Assembly: GCA_963794325.1 (NCBI GenBank)
Contig: CAWCDG010000009.1
Span: 114,076 to 178,075, forward strand
DNA: 64,000 nucleotides
Source: an uncultured delta proteobacterium
GTDB lineage: Bacteria > Desulfobacterota > Binatia > Binatales > Binataceae
Direction: 5' to 3'
Each line of letters opens with the position of its first letter. The first letter of the stretch is position 1. Shown here in pieces: positions 10,246 through 19,486 of the stretch. The position numbers were made by a program, and so were the translations under genes. The notes below the pieces were generated by a model. It saw only the letters and a program-made list of their open reading frames with translations. It did not search any database and had not been told where the DNA came from.

Positions 10246-11414
10246 GACGCTGCGCCGCCCTCGGCGTTCAGGCCGCTTTTAATCGTAACCGTCGAACCGG
10301 GAATCAGCCTGAGCTGCCCGTCGGTAACGACTGTTTCGCCCGGCTTGAGCCCGCTGGTCACAACGGTCTGATTGTCGATCGATTCGCCGATCACGATCGG
10401 CCTGATCTCGGCTTTCATACTCGGCTTCACGACGAAAACGAACGAGCCCTGTTGCCCCGTCTGGACGGCCTGCGACGGCACCAGGATCGCGCCCGGATGT
10501 TCGTGCAGTACCAGCGTAGTATTGACGAACTCGCCCGGCCATAGGCGCGCATCGGCGTTGGAAAATAGCCCCTTGAGATTTATCGTGCCGGTCTTCGCGT
10601 CAACGCTGTTATCGACGAAGCTCAGCTCGCCCGACTCGAGCGGACCCTGCTGTTCCGGCAATGAGACCTGGACAGCGAGCTTGCGCTCCGCCATGAACTC
10701 GCGCACGGCGGGCAGCTTCTGTTCGGGTATCGCGAAATCGACGTACACCGGATGCACCTGGTTGATCACAACCATCGCAGTGTCGGCGTCAGGCTTCACC
10801 AGGGCGCCGGCATGCACGAGCAAGTCGCCGGTGCGTCCGTCGATCGGCGCGCGAATCGAGGTGTACTCGAGATTCAATTGAGCGGTCTGCACCGCCGCTT
10901 CATCGGCTTCGACCGAGGCCTTGAGCGAGCCGGCCGCCGCCTCGGCCTGATCGTATTGCTGGCGCGATCCGACTTCCTGTTTGAGCAGCGTCGAGTAGCG
11001 CTGCCAATCGGCCGCCGCCTGCCGATACTGCGCGCGATCCTTGGCGAGGTTCGCCTGTGCTTGATGAAGCGCGGCTTCGAATGGACGCGGATCGATCGTG
11101 AACAGCAGGTCGCCCTGCTTGACGTCTTGTCCTTGCCGGAAGTTCACCTGCATGATCTGCCCGTTGATCTGCGCCTTCACCTCGACGGTCGAGAAGGCCT
11201 CGACCCGGCCTATCGCGCGGATCGTATCGGCGACAGTCTTCTGCTCGACCTTGGCCGCGAGAATCGGCACCGCCTCGCGCTCGCCGAAAGTATCAGCAGG
11301 CCCGTGCGAGCATCCCGCTATCGCAATCAGTGCGAGCATCGGGACGAAAGCTGTCGCGCACCATCGCTTCAAGGTGAGATTGCCTTTCAACTCCGGCTTG
11401 CGGATAAACCGCAC
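10242..11414 (-). CDS. RND efflux periplasmic adaptor (MdtA-like membrane fusion lipoprotein)
   Basis: IAGC lipobox, GQDVKQGDLLFTIDPRPF, IRAPIDGRTG, LWPGEFV; 4-nt overlap with the permease. Confidence 0.92.
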   Translation of the reverse strand: MRFIRKPELKGNLTLKRWCATAFVPMLALIAIAGCSHGPADTFGEREAVPILAAKVEQKTVADTIRAIGRVEAFSTVEVKAQINGQIMQVNFRQGQDVKQGDLLFTIDPRPFEAALHQAQANLAKDRAQYRQAAADWQRYSTLLKQEVGSRQQYDQAEAAAGSLKASVEADEAAVQTAQLNLEYTSIRAPIDGRTGDLLVHAGALVKPDADTAMVVINQVHPVYVDFAIPEQKLPAVREFMAERKLAVQVSLPEQQGPLESGELSFVDNSVDAKTGTINLKGLFSNADARLWPGEFVNTTLVLHEHPGAILVPSQAVQTGQQGSFVFVVKPSMKAEIRPIVIGESIDNQTVVTSGLKPGETVVTDGQLRLIPGSTVTIKSGLNAEGGAAS

Positions 11415-11575
11415 AGCCGGGAGAGTGTTACGTCGTCAAAGTAGCGTTGAGGATATTATCAGGCCCGCGCAACACGAGAAAATCACGAATGTCGACCGAA
11501 ACCGCACTCCGGGTCAGTCTTTTCTGTCCAGAAGGGGGCGGGTTGAGGGAAGAGATTCCTAAATTACCCCGATAG

Positions 11576-12151
11576 CTATCGCGAGGCTTCCGACACGAGC
11601 GCCGGATGATGCGCCGGCAACTGGCAGAAACTGTCGCTCTCGATTTGCAGCGCTCGATTGAATCGCGCGCGCATATTCTCGAGCGCGATAGTCGCCGTCA
11701 GATCGACGATTTGCTCGGTATTGAAATGCCGCTTGAGCTCCTCGAACACATCGTCGGGCACATCGACTGAAGCCAGCGTCATCTCTTCTGCATAGCGCAG
11801 CGCCGCGCGCTCGGCGGGAGTGAATAGCGGATTCTCCGCATACTCCGCCAGTGCGGCGAGCTTCTCTTCGCTAAGTCCGACCCGGCTGCCACCGGCAGCA
11901 TTGATATCTATTCAGAAAACGCACCCGATCATCTGCGCTGCGCGCAAACAAACCATCCGCTTCAGAGCCGGCGGAGTGACCTTCGAGCTTTCGATCGACT
12001 GCTGGAATATCGACATCGTGAATGTGATACCGGGTCGATACGCCCACGCCTTATACGGATTGAGAACTTTGCCGAGCTGCCGCTTCATCATCCAGGTGAA
12101 CGGCTTCAGGAGCCAGCTAATCTGATTTTCTTCGAGCGGTTCAATACGCAT
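11576..12151 (-). CDS. AhpD/carboxymuconolactone decarboxylase family protein, probable selenoprotein (CxxU)
   Basis: ORFs 11912..12151 and 11576..11782 are in one frame, joined across a single TGA at 11912-11914: ...AAQMIGCVF-U-IDINAAGGSRVGLSEEKL...FTPAERAALRYAEEMT... Confidence 0.8.
11885..11914 (-). promoter_or_regulatory. bacterial SECIS-like hairpin
   Basis: UGA, a 12-nt spacer, then GCUGCC-GGU-GGCAGC stem-loop with a G-led apical loop. Confidence 0.65.
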
Positions 12152-12166
12152 AGGAATAAACTCCGG

Positions 12167-12604
12167 CTATGCAGCGCGCGCTCGCACCGCGCGAGTTTCA
12201 TCCGACTGACTATAGAGGATAACAGTAATCGCAATTAGTAAGATCGCTGGAATGTAGATACCCAGCACCTCGGTCACCAGATGCTCAGTCGAGAGCAATC
12301 CCGCGGCATGTGAGTATATGTGCAACGCGGAATGCATCGCGCCGGCAACGGCGGCAACTACAACCGCAATCGCGTTGCGCCGAGGATTCATCGCCGCCGC
12401 AACCAGTCCGATGCCCACCGCGAGAAAGAACGTCCCACCGTCCATCACGAGGTGCATATTATACGCCCCAGTCTCAGGCACCCCCGGCACCAGTTTGAAG
12501 AACCACGACGATGGAAAGAAGAACATCTCGATACCATTGACGATATCGAGCGCCGCGAGAATCCAGAGGACAGGTACGACCCATCGAGGCAGTTTGGATT
12601 TCAT
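12167..12604 (-). CDS. small integral membrane protein, hypothetical
   Basis: About 4 hydrophobic segments, ETGAYNMHLVMDGG motif; lies directly upstream of the AhpD-like gene on the same strand. Confidence 0.7.
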   Translation of the reverse strand: MKSKLPRWVVPVLWILAALDIVNGIEMFFFPSSWFFKLVPGVPETGAYNMHLVMDGGTFFLAVGIGLVAAAMNPRRNAIAVVVAAVAGAMHSALHIYSHAAGLLSTEHLVTEVLGIYIPAILLIAITVILYSQSDETRAVRARAA

Positions 12605-12720
12605 CCAGCATCTCTCCGCAAGATAGATGTACCTCGCCCCAAACCGCGAATCCACGACCCGCAGTCCCAGCGCCGCCCACAATCACAAAATCTGGAGGGG
12701 GGAAGATTAGCGGGGCGGAG

Positions 12721-12749
12721 GAGTCGCCTCTTGGGGACAAGAGGACTCC
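12721..12749 (-). terminator. hairpin downstream of the glycine-rich gene
   Basis: gagtc-gcctcttg-ggga-caagagg-actc stem-loop; no clear U-tail. Confidence 0.3.
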
Positions 12750-12778
12750 CAGCTTCCATGGCAGTTCTACTGAGGCGT

Positions 12779-13825
12779 TTAGACCTGGCTCACGGTATAG
12801 GCCACCTGGCTTCCGTCGAAATACGGCTTGTAGTACGTCGATCCATAGACGTAGTAACTGTTTCCGTTGATGGTCGTAGAGTAAGCCCCGTTAGGAAGCT
12901 GATAAACGTTCGCCCCGATGGGTGCCGTTACGATTTCGTACCCAGCCCCGTTCTGCTGATAGAAGATGCCGTTCGAGTAGTAGAAAGTTGCGCCGTAGGC
13001 GTAGGCGATGGTGGCACCCGGTGGCAGATACGCGATTGTCGAGCCAATCACAGGTGCGCCGTATTGCGGGCTAGCTCCGGCGTAGTAGGGAGCCGGCGCC
13101 GGATTGTTGATGATCGTGGTGGATGACGGCTGTTGGTTCATCGCCGAGCCAACTACCATGCCTGCAGCCAGTCCGCCTACAGCGCCGAGTGCCGCAGCAC
13201 CGGCGACATCACCCGAGCTATATCCTCCTCCGCCGCAGCAGTAATAGGGATTACCTCCACCGCCGCCGTAGTAGTTGTTGTTGTTGCTACTGTCATAGTT
13301 GTTGATCGTGGCATCTTGCTTGTTCTGCAGTTTCTTTTCGGTGTTTTCGTTGTTCTTTTGAAGAGTATTCGCTTCGTTGTATCTGGCCTGCTGCTGCTCT
13401 TCCTGGTTGGCGTTGTAAGTGTTGTAGTCCGATTGCTTGTCTGCCGAACTAGAGCTGCCTCCGTAGCTGTTCCCGGAGCTGCTTCCAGAGTGCTGCCAGG
13501 ATTGGCCGCCCGAAGAGTAGCTATCGGAGTGGCTGACATTGCCGCCCCCAAAGCCGTCGCCACCTCCGCCGTGACCGCCCCAGCCGCCTCCGCCACCTCC
13601 CCATCCGCCTCCGCCGCCACGGCCGCCCCATCCGCCACCACCGCCACCACCCCAACCACCACCGCCGCCACCACCTCGACCACCCCAGCCGCCACCGCCT
13701 CGACCACCGCCGCCGCCCCATCTGGCATAGGCTTGCGGAGCGGTTAGCAAAGAAACTCCGGCGATCAGGATGGCGATTTGAAGCGCGAGTCTTCTGCTGG
13801 TCGAAGGATTCGATTTGTTGTTCAC
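12779..13825 (-). CDS. secreted glycine-rich protein with Tyr-rich C-terminal domain (DUF6515-like)
   Basis: GTG start overlaps the upstream stop (GTGA) with a GAAGGAG RBS; signal peptide, GGGWGG repeats, LPPGA...YYxNGxFY repeats. Confidence 0.7.
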   Translation of the reverse strand: MNNKSNPSTSRRLALQIAILIAGVSLLTAPQAYARWGGGGGRGGGGWGGRGGGGGGGWGGGGGGGWGGRGGGGGWGGGGGGWGGHGGGGDGFGGGNVSHSDSYSSGGQSWQHSGSSSGNSYGGSSSSADKQSDYNTYNANQEEQQQARYNEANTLQKNNENTEKKLQNKQDATINNYDSSNNNNYYGGGGGNPYYCCGGGGYSSGDVAGAAALGAVGGLAAGMVVGSAMNQQPSSTTIINNPAPAPYYAGASPQYGAPVIGSTIAYLPPGATIAYAYGATFYYSNGIFYQQNGAGYEIVTAPIGANVYQLPNGAYSTTINGNSYYVYGSTYYKPYFDGSQVAYTVSQV

Positions 13826-14646
13826 GGCTTTGTCTCCTTCACCTTCATGATGTCGATCCGCTTGGCGTCCTTCGGAAGGTCGGGACGAAACACGCTCGCC
13901 GGGATGCTCTCCGGGAATTTCCAGTCCGACAGAACCGCGACGTATTCGGGTGAACCGGGGGCACTTCGGTAATTGATTACAATTTTGCGCGGTAGATGTC
14001 TTCCCGTGCGTTGCAACCAAACCTGCCAATCCACGTTTTTCTTGGCGAAAGCCAGATGATCGCAGTCTTCACCGGCCACGTCGTTGACGCCGATATATCC
14101 TGAGTAAATAACTCCCTTGCGAAACATTTCGCACGGATGACTGTACGCAAGGTCTCCCAGCGGAATTGAGAGGTTATGAACTTCCTCCAGGCGCTCGATC
14201 ATCCCGTCAATTGAATCAGGGACTTCCGCAGTCGCGTAGAACATGTGTGGCGGGTCGAGGATCGTAACCTTGGTTCCGTTATACCAAATCTGTTTGCCGC
14301 CCAGATCGCTGTGAAACTCCACCGCTAACTGATCGGGTCGCTGGACGGCATAGTCCGCCGCGGCAGCGAATTGAAGCTTTATGTTCGATGGCAGCACCTG
14401 ATCGAACGTTATCTCGGCATGAAATGTAAAAGCCTTGCTCGATCCCAGGTCTTCGCACGATCGACTCAGGAGCTGATCCGCTCGAGGATCAATATTGGGC
14501 GGCGGTGCGGGTTGGGGCGCCTGCGGGCTCGCGGGCGAAGCCGCGCTCGTCGGTGCCGCGGTTTCGGCAGAGACTCCCTGGTTCGAGGCCAGCAACAGTG
14601 CTGCCACGGCCGCAGCAAAACGCAGCGAGATAAATCTTTTGTTCAT
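13822..14646 (-). CDS. DUF2092 domain periplasmic protein
   Basis: Signal peptide; AVQRPDQL, IWYNGTKVT, CDHLAF...VDWQVWL...LPRKIVINY. Confidence 0.8.
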   Translation of the reverse strand: MNKRFISLRFAAAVAALLLASNQGVSAETAAPTSAASPASPQAPQPAPPPNIDPRADQLLSRSCEDLGSSKAFTFHAEITFDQVLPSNIKLQFAAAADYAVQRPDQLAVEFHSDLGGKQIWYNGTKVTILDPPHMFYATAEVPDSIDGMIERLEEVHNLSIPLGDLAYSHPCEMFRKGVIYSGYIGVNDVAGEDCDHLAFAKKNVDWQVWLQRTGRHLPRKIVINYRSAPGSPEYVAVLSDWKFPESIPASVFRPDLPKDAKRIDIMKVKETKP

Positions 14647-14869
14647 TTTGGTCTCACTCGGTCCTTATGATTATTATGATCATTCAAAAGCGCGCTCAGG
14701 ACTGCCATCCCTGCCGGTTGTAGTAGTTCATCACCATTTGCACGATCTGGTCGGTCGCCTTGTCCACCAGGAACCCGGTCGAGGACGTATAGCTCTTCGA
14801 CTAAGGATTTTCGATTTCAAAGTAATCCTCATTTTCGTGTTGATTCATCGGTCCCGATTCAAATTTCAG

Positions 14870-15013
14870 CTATTGGCCGTCGATCGTAGTGGTGGCGTTG
14901 GGCGAACCCGCCACACCGTTGATTTGCTGCGCGGAGGCGGGCGCGACCGCCAACGCACCCAGGTAAATGACCACCGCAATGAAGCTACAAACTGTGGATC
15001 TTTTAGATGTCAT
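14870..15013 (-). pseudogene. 47-aa ORF resembling an arylsulfatase N-terminus (remnant)
   Basis: RBS gagagggg, then MTSKRSTVCSFIAVVIYLGALAVAPASAQQINGVAGSPNATTTIDGQ*; the family similarity is from recall only. Confidence 0.4.
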
Positions 15014-15189
15014 AGCCCCTCTCGATCCGATCGAAGGTCAGGCACCGCATTTCAGGTTCAAGGAGGCTTTTCGCCGACGCCTACCGTGTTTGACTACCCG
15101 CTGAATCAGTAATCCGGAGTCGTCACGAGTGACTATTGTACTTTGGTACAATACGAGAGCCCCGAACGCGCGGGCGGTCAAAAATCCGG

Positions 15190-15217
15190 TTGACATACCG
15201 GGCGAGGCGCGTAGTCT
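15190..15217 (+). promoter_or_regulatory. sigma70-like promoter of the riboswitch-tonB unit
   Basis: TTGACA-16 nt-TAGTCT immediately upstream of the aptamer. Confidence 0.55.
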
Positions 15218-15219
15218 GC

Positions 15220-15316
15220 TTTGGGATTCGCTTGGGGAAGCCGGTGAAAGGCCGGCGCTGCCCCGCAACTGTGAGATGAGCGCGATGATGCTCGTCGAGT
15301 CAGGCGACCGGGCGAA
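15220..15316 (+). ncRNA. cobalamin riboswitch
   Basis: GGGAAgCCGGTGAAAgGCCGGCGCTGCCCCGCAACTGT core plus B12-box-like GAGTCAGGCGACC. Confidence 0.88.
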
Positions 15317-15454
15317 TCGATGGAGCCGTAAGAACCTTCGCGGGAGAGGGAGGCTTCAGGACGCGCATCGCAGATCCGCCGGCACCTATCCACACGGCGA
15401 CTCGTCGCTCCTGGCCACTTCTATTTTCATCCTCGAAGTCTCGGCCATGGCGAC

Positions 15455-16264
15455 TTGGAAGACGAAAGGAAATCGCATCCTTTGGATGACTCGACGGAGC
15501 CGTCGCGACGTCATGCCGCGTCGTTTGCGGCGTCGATCGCCGCTCATGCGGTGGTCATTGGATTGATCGTGTGCTTCGCATCGCCGCTGGCGCGGGGGCA
15601 TAGCGAATGGGTGCTCGCCTACCTGGTCGAAGGCGTCGACGGCAATTCCGGACGCGGCGGCGCAAGCGCCGCCGCGTCCGGAGCTGCCGCGAAGCACGTC
15701 GCGGTCGGCACCGCCGCGGGCGTGCCGACTGCGACGACGCATTTGGCGCCGCCGCCGCGGGCGGCGCGCAAGCCGCGTCGTCGGATCGACGACGACGCGT
15801 CCGAAATTGCCAGCATAGCGGGGCATCAAGATGCAGCCGCGTCGTTGTCGCATGGCGACAGCGACACGGCTAGTGCTCGTCCGGCCGCCGTCGGTTCCGA
15901 CGGCGGCGCGGTGCGTGGTGGGGCGGGGTCGCCCGGCGCCGTCGATAGCGGCGCCGGCGACGACCCCAGTTCTCTCGCCCATGCCGACTACGCCCGCAAT
16001 CCGCCGCCCATCTATCCCGCTATCGCGCGCCGCCGCGAGCAGCAGGGCACCGTCACCGTCAGGGTGCTGGTCGGTGCCGACGGCTCGGTCGAGCGCGCCG
16101 AAGTTGCGGACTCCTCGGGATTCGACACGCTCGACGACGCCGCGCTCGAGACCGTTCGCTCGCGATGGCGCTTTGTGCCGGCGCGTCACGGTGGGATCGC
16201 GGTCGAAAGCTGGGTCCTGGTGCCGATTAGGTTCACCTTGATCGAGGCCAGCGCGGTTCACTGA
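15455..16264 (+). CDS. tonB: energy transducer TonB
   Basis: N-terminal SIAAHA transmembrane anchor, low-complexity linker, PPPIYPAIARRREQQGTVTVRVLV...SSGFDTLDDAA...VLVPIRF. Confidence 0.85.
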   Translation: MEDERKSHPLDDSTEPSRRHAASFAASIAAHAVVIGLIVCFASPLARGHSEWVLAYLVEGVDGNSGRGGASAAASGAAAKHVAVGTAAGVPTATTHLAPPPRAARKPRRRIDDDASEIASIAGHQDAAASLSHGDSDTASARPAAVGSDGGAVRGGAGSPGAVDSGAGDDPSSLAHADYARNPPPIYPAIARRREQQGTVTVRVLVGADGSVERAEVADSSGFDTLDDAALETVRSRWRFVPARHGGIAVESWVLVPIRFTLIEASAVH

Positions 16265-16333
16265 AGATGCCGCCCCCATCGTGCTTATCCCGCCCAGCCG
16301 TGGTATAAGCCCCATCCGAGGAGGGTAGGAAAG

Positions 16334-16843
16334 ATGGCTCCCAAAGCATGTACTACTCTGGCGGTGGCAGGGCTGATGCTTGCGGCGCTTCTTGTGCCCA
16401 ATCGCGCCGGCGCGATCGAAGTCAAAAAGGATCTCTACAACAACAGCGGTCCGGCTGGTCCGAACGCTCCGGGCCCCGCGAAAGAGAACCCGATTCCCAA
16501 AGCTGCGGCCCAACAGCTCAGCGACACGATTGCCAGCGAGTCCGATAGCTACCTCAGCGACGAGAGTGAAAAGAAAACCTCGGGCAAGCCGTATGTCGAT
16601 CTCGAGCACGCAGCCTTCAAGTACCTGCCCACGATGAAGGGTGGCCGCTGGACTGTGGTCGCGAAGCTGCAGGCGCCGGAATACACACCGTCCAAGAGTG
16701 GCGTGGGCAAGGGCAAGCCGACCGGCAAGCAAAGGAGCCTGGTATTCAACTACCGCCTCGACGGCGGCAAGTGGACCGAGGTCGAGCCGCCGAAATGGGA
16801 AGATGTAGATGCCAATGGGACAGCGGCGGCCGCGGCTAAGTAG
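16334..16843 (+). CDS. secreted hypothetical protein
   Basis: Signal peptide, RBS upstream, host-like codon use. Confidence 0.65.
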   Translation: MAPKACTTLAVAGLMLAALLVPNRAGAIEVKKDLYNNSGPAGPNAPGPAKENPIPKAAAQQLSDTIASESDSYLSDESEKKTSGKPYVDLEHAAFKYLPTMKGGRWTVVAKLQAPEYTPSKSGVGKGKPTGKQRSLVFNYRLDGGKWTEVEPPKWEDVDANGTAAAAAK

Positions 16844-16886
16844 CAATTGAAGTTAGAGATCTGGGTTTTGGGGGGGGAGAACGCAG

Positions 16887-17159
16887 ATGCGTCCGATTGT
16901 CTTCGTAGCGCTTTTGGCATTGACCTTAGTTGGATGCTCGGAGCAGCAGCCGATTATGACCGTCGATCAGCAGAAAGCCTATAACGGTTGCATGGAAGGT
17001 CACTGGTCAGGCGCGGCCGACACTTTCGTTTGGGGGCCGTTCGGCTGGGCCTTTTACGAATCCGTGAGAAAGGATTGCCTGTCTGTTGCAAACTGGCACG
17101 GCGAGGGTTCCACAGTTCAAGCCGCTGCCGCTCCAGCAACGACGGCGTCGCCACATTAG
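16887..17159 (+). CDS. small lipoprotein, hypothetical
   Basis: LVGC lipobox; ggaga RBS. Confidence 0.6.
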   Translation: MRPIVFVALLALTLVGCSEQQPIMTVDQQKAYNGCMEGHWSGAADTFVWGPFGWAFYESVRKDCLSVANWHGEGSTVQAAAAPATTASPH

Positions 17160-17184
17160 TCAGGCTCAACGATAATCGAATTTT

Positions 17185-17616
17185 GTGAAGACCAGGATTC
17201 AAAATGATCTCAAGGCCGCGATGAAGAGCGGCGATAAGCTGCGCATGATGGCGTTGCGTGGTGTGCTGTCGGAGATCTCGCGCCTCGAAAAGGACGTTCG
17301 CCGCGATCCCAACGACGCCGAGATCCTGCAGATCATCAAGCGCGAGCGAGCCAAGCGCGAAGAGTCGCTGGAATTTGCGCGGAAGGCATCGCGCCAGGAC
17401 CTGATCGATCAGAACGAGACCGAGGCGAAGATTCTCGAATCATATCTGCCCGCCGCTGCGTCGGCCGATGAAGTGCGCGCTGAGATCGCGGCGGCGATTG
17501 CGTCGGGCGCGTCGCAGATGGGTCCAGTCATGAAGGCGCTGCGCGACAAGTTCGGCGCCGGCCTCGACGGCAAGATGGCGAGCGAGCTCGCCAAGGAAGC
17601 GCTCGCGAAGAAGTAG
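17185..17616 (+). CDS. GatB/YqeY domain protein
   Basis: IQNDLKAAMKSGDK, EAKILESYLP, MGPVMKAL...DGK. Confidence 0.9.
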   Translation: MKTRIQNDLKAAMKSGDKLRMMALRGVLSEISRLEKDVRRDPNDAEILQIIKRERAKREESLEFARKASRQDLIDQNETEAKILESYLPAAASADEVRAEIAAAIASGASQMGPVMKALRDKFGAGLDGKMASELAKEALAKK

Positions 17617-17625
17617 CGCCCGTCT

Positions 17626-18183
17626 CTACAACAGCCTGCTGAACAGTCCGGGATACACAACCACCAGCCCGCGGCGATCGACTTCGATATCACGCGTGAA
17701 GTCGCTGTCAATCGATTCGTACCGGTAGCGCTTGAGCGGCTCGATGCATGTGTAACGCTGCGGATCGGTAGTGAGCGTGAGGCTGGGCACCAGAATATAG
17801 ACTGTGACGATTTCGGCAGCCTGGGCGGCCCTGAGCTTCAGCCTTCGAATGGGGAGAGTGTTGGTGAACGGCGTGGCCGAGAGATCGATATCGATCGCGC
17901 CGCCGAGCTTCGAGAGACGTTTCCCCGACGCGTCGGACCAATTGCCGTTGCCATCGCCGGCGATCTCGATTTTGCGATCGCTTCCGACCAGCGCAATCTC
18001 AGCGCGTCTGACGCGCCACGACTTGTCGCATCGAATGCGATACCGAAGTGCGAAGACCGAATCGTCCGCCGATCCGGCGACGACCGACTCGGCGACGATC
18101 TCGCGCGCGCCCTCGCGGAGAACGAGATGCTCCATCCCTTTCGCGTCCCAATCCTGCCATCGCGCCACGACTGTATTGGCCAT
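17626..18183 (-). CDS. putative glycolipid-binding domain protein (DUF1089)
   Basis: YRIRCDKSWR, DIDLSATPFTNTLPIRRL, QRYT, VDRRGLVVVYPGLF. Confidence 0.85.
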   Translation of the reverse strand: MANTVVARWQDWDAKGMEHLVLREGAREIVAESVVAGSADDSVFALRYRIRCDKSWRVRRAEIALVGSDRKIEIAGDGNGNWSDASGKRLSKLGGAIDIDLSATPFTNTLPIRRLKLRAAQAAEIVTVYILVPSLTLTTDPQRYTCIEPLKRYRYESIDSDFTRDIEVDRRGLVVVYPGLFSRLL

Positions 18184-18325
18184 CGCACCAGCGTATCTCA
18201 CAATTTTCCGGCTGGCTTCCAGTTAACGGCTCCGCGGTTGACGGTCAAACCCTTTTCCCGGTAGCACTTGGGCGTAATCCCGACTCCGGTCCGAGCTAAA
18301 ACCACATGAGGTCGCGGAGGTTCCC

Positions 18326-19483
18326 ATGCCCACTGGAAAGGTCGTGCCGTTTCGCGTCGAGGTGCCTGTCGAAGTGCTGGCCGATCTGCGCGCCCGTCTC
18401 AGCAGTACGCGTTTTCCCGACGAGGTTCCCGACACCGGATGGGAGTACGGATCCAATCTCGCGTACCTGAAGGAGCTGGTCGAGTACTGGCGAACGAAGT
18501 ACGACTGGCGTGCGCAGCAGCGCGCGATCAATCGCCTTGCGCAATTCAAGGCAAATGTCGGCGGACTCGGAATCCATTTCATCCACGAACAAGGCAAAGG
18601 GCCGAATCCGAAACCGCTGCTGCTGCTTCACGGATGGCCGGGCTCGATCTACGAGTTTATGGAAATCATCCCGATGCTCACCGATCCGGCCGCACACGGC
18701 GGCGATGCGAAGGACTCCTTCACCGTGATCGCGCCGTCGCTGCCAGGCTATGGATTTTCGGATCACCCGCGCGCCCGTGCGATGAATATCCAGGCGATGG
18801 CCGATCTGTTTCACAAGCTGATGACCGAGACGCTCGGCTACCAACGCTACGCAGTGCAGGGCGGAGATTGGGGCGCGGCGATCACGTCCCGAATCGGCGA
18901 AGTGCACGCCGACAGCGTCTTCGGAATCCATATCAACATGATTGCGATTGGCCCCGCGGAAGGACGCAGCGCGTCGGAGCTAACGCCGGAGGAGAAAGTG
19001 TTTCTCGGCGACCTCGAGAAATTCCGCACCGCAGAAACCGGCTACCAGTGGATTCAAGGCACCAAGCCGCAGACGCTTGCCTACGGCTTGAATGATTCAC
19101 CGGCGGGACTGCTCGCGTGGATCGTCGAGAAGTTCCGGACCTGGAGCGATTGTCACGGCGACGTCGAGAAGAGTTTCACGCGCGACCAGATTCTGACCAA
19201 CGTGATGATCTACTGGCTCACGCAGACGATCAATTCCTCGACGCGGCTGTACTACGAAGCGCGCCACCATCCGTGGCGGCTGAAGCCCGGCACCCGAATC
19301 GAGGCGCCTACCGCGGTCGCGCTTTTTCCGGGAGAGCTGGTGCGTCCGCCGCGGCATTGGGCCGAGCGCGCGTACAACGTCCGGCGCTGGACCGTGATGC
19401 CGAAGGGTGGACATTTCGCGGCGATGGAACAGCCGACGCTGCTGGCCAACGATGTCCGCGCGTTCTACAGGGAGCTGAGTTGA
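18326..19483 (+). CDS. epoxide hydrolase
   Basis: LLLHGWPGS, QGGDWG, LAYGLNDSPAGL, GGHFAAMEQP. Confidence 0.93.
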   Translation: MPTGKVVPFRVEVPVEVLADLRARLSSTRFPDEVPDTGWEYGSNLAYLKELVEYWRTKYDWRAQQRAINRLAQFKANVGGLGIHFIHEQGKGPNPKPLLLLHGWPGSIYEFMEIIPMLTDPAAHGGDAKDSFTVIAPSLPGYGFSDHPRARAMNIQAMADLFHKLMTETLGYQRYAVQGGDWGAAITSRIGEVHADSVFGIHINMIAIGPAEGRSASELTPEEKVFLGDLEKFRTAETGYQWIQGTKPQTLAYGLNDSPAGLLAWIVEKFRTWSDCHGDVEKSFTRDQILTNVMIYWLTQTINSSTRLYYEARHHPWRLKPGTRIEAPTAVALFPGELVRPPRHWAERAYNVRRWTVMPKGGHFAAMEQPTLLANDVRAFYRELS

Positions 19484-19486
19484 GAG

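Noticed and set aside
13520-13725. ccgcca/ccacc repeat tract as a mobile or regulatory repeat
   Set aside because: Explained by the poly-Gly coding region on the minus strand
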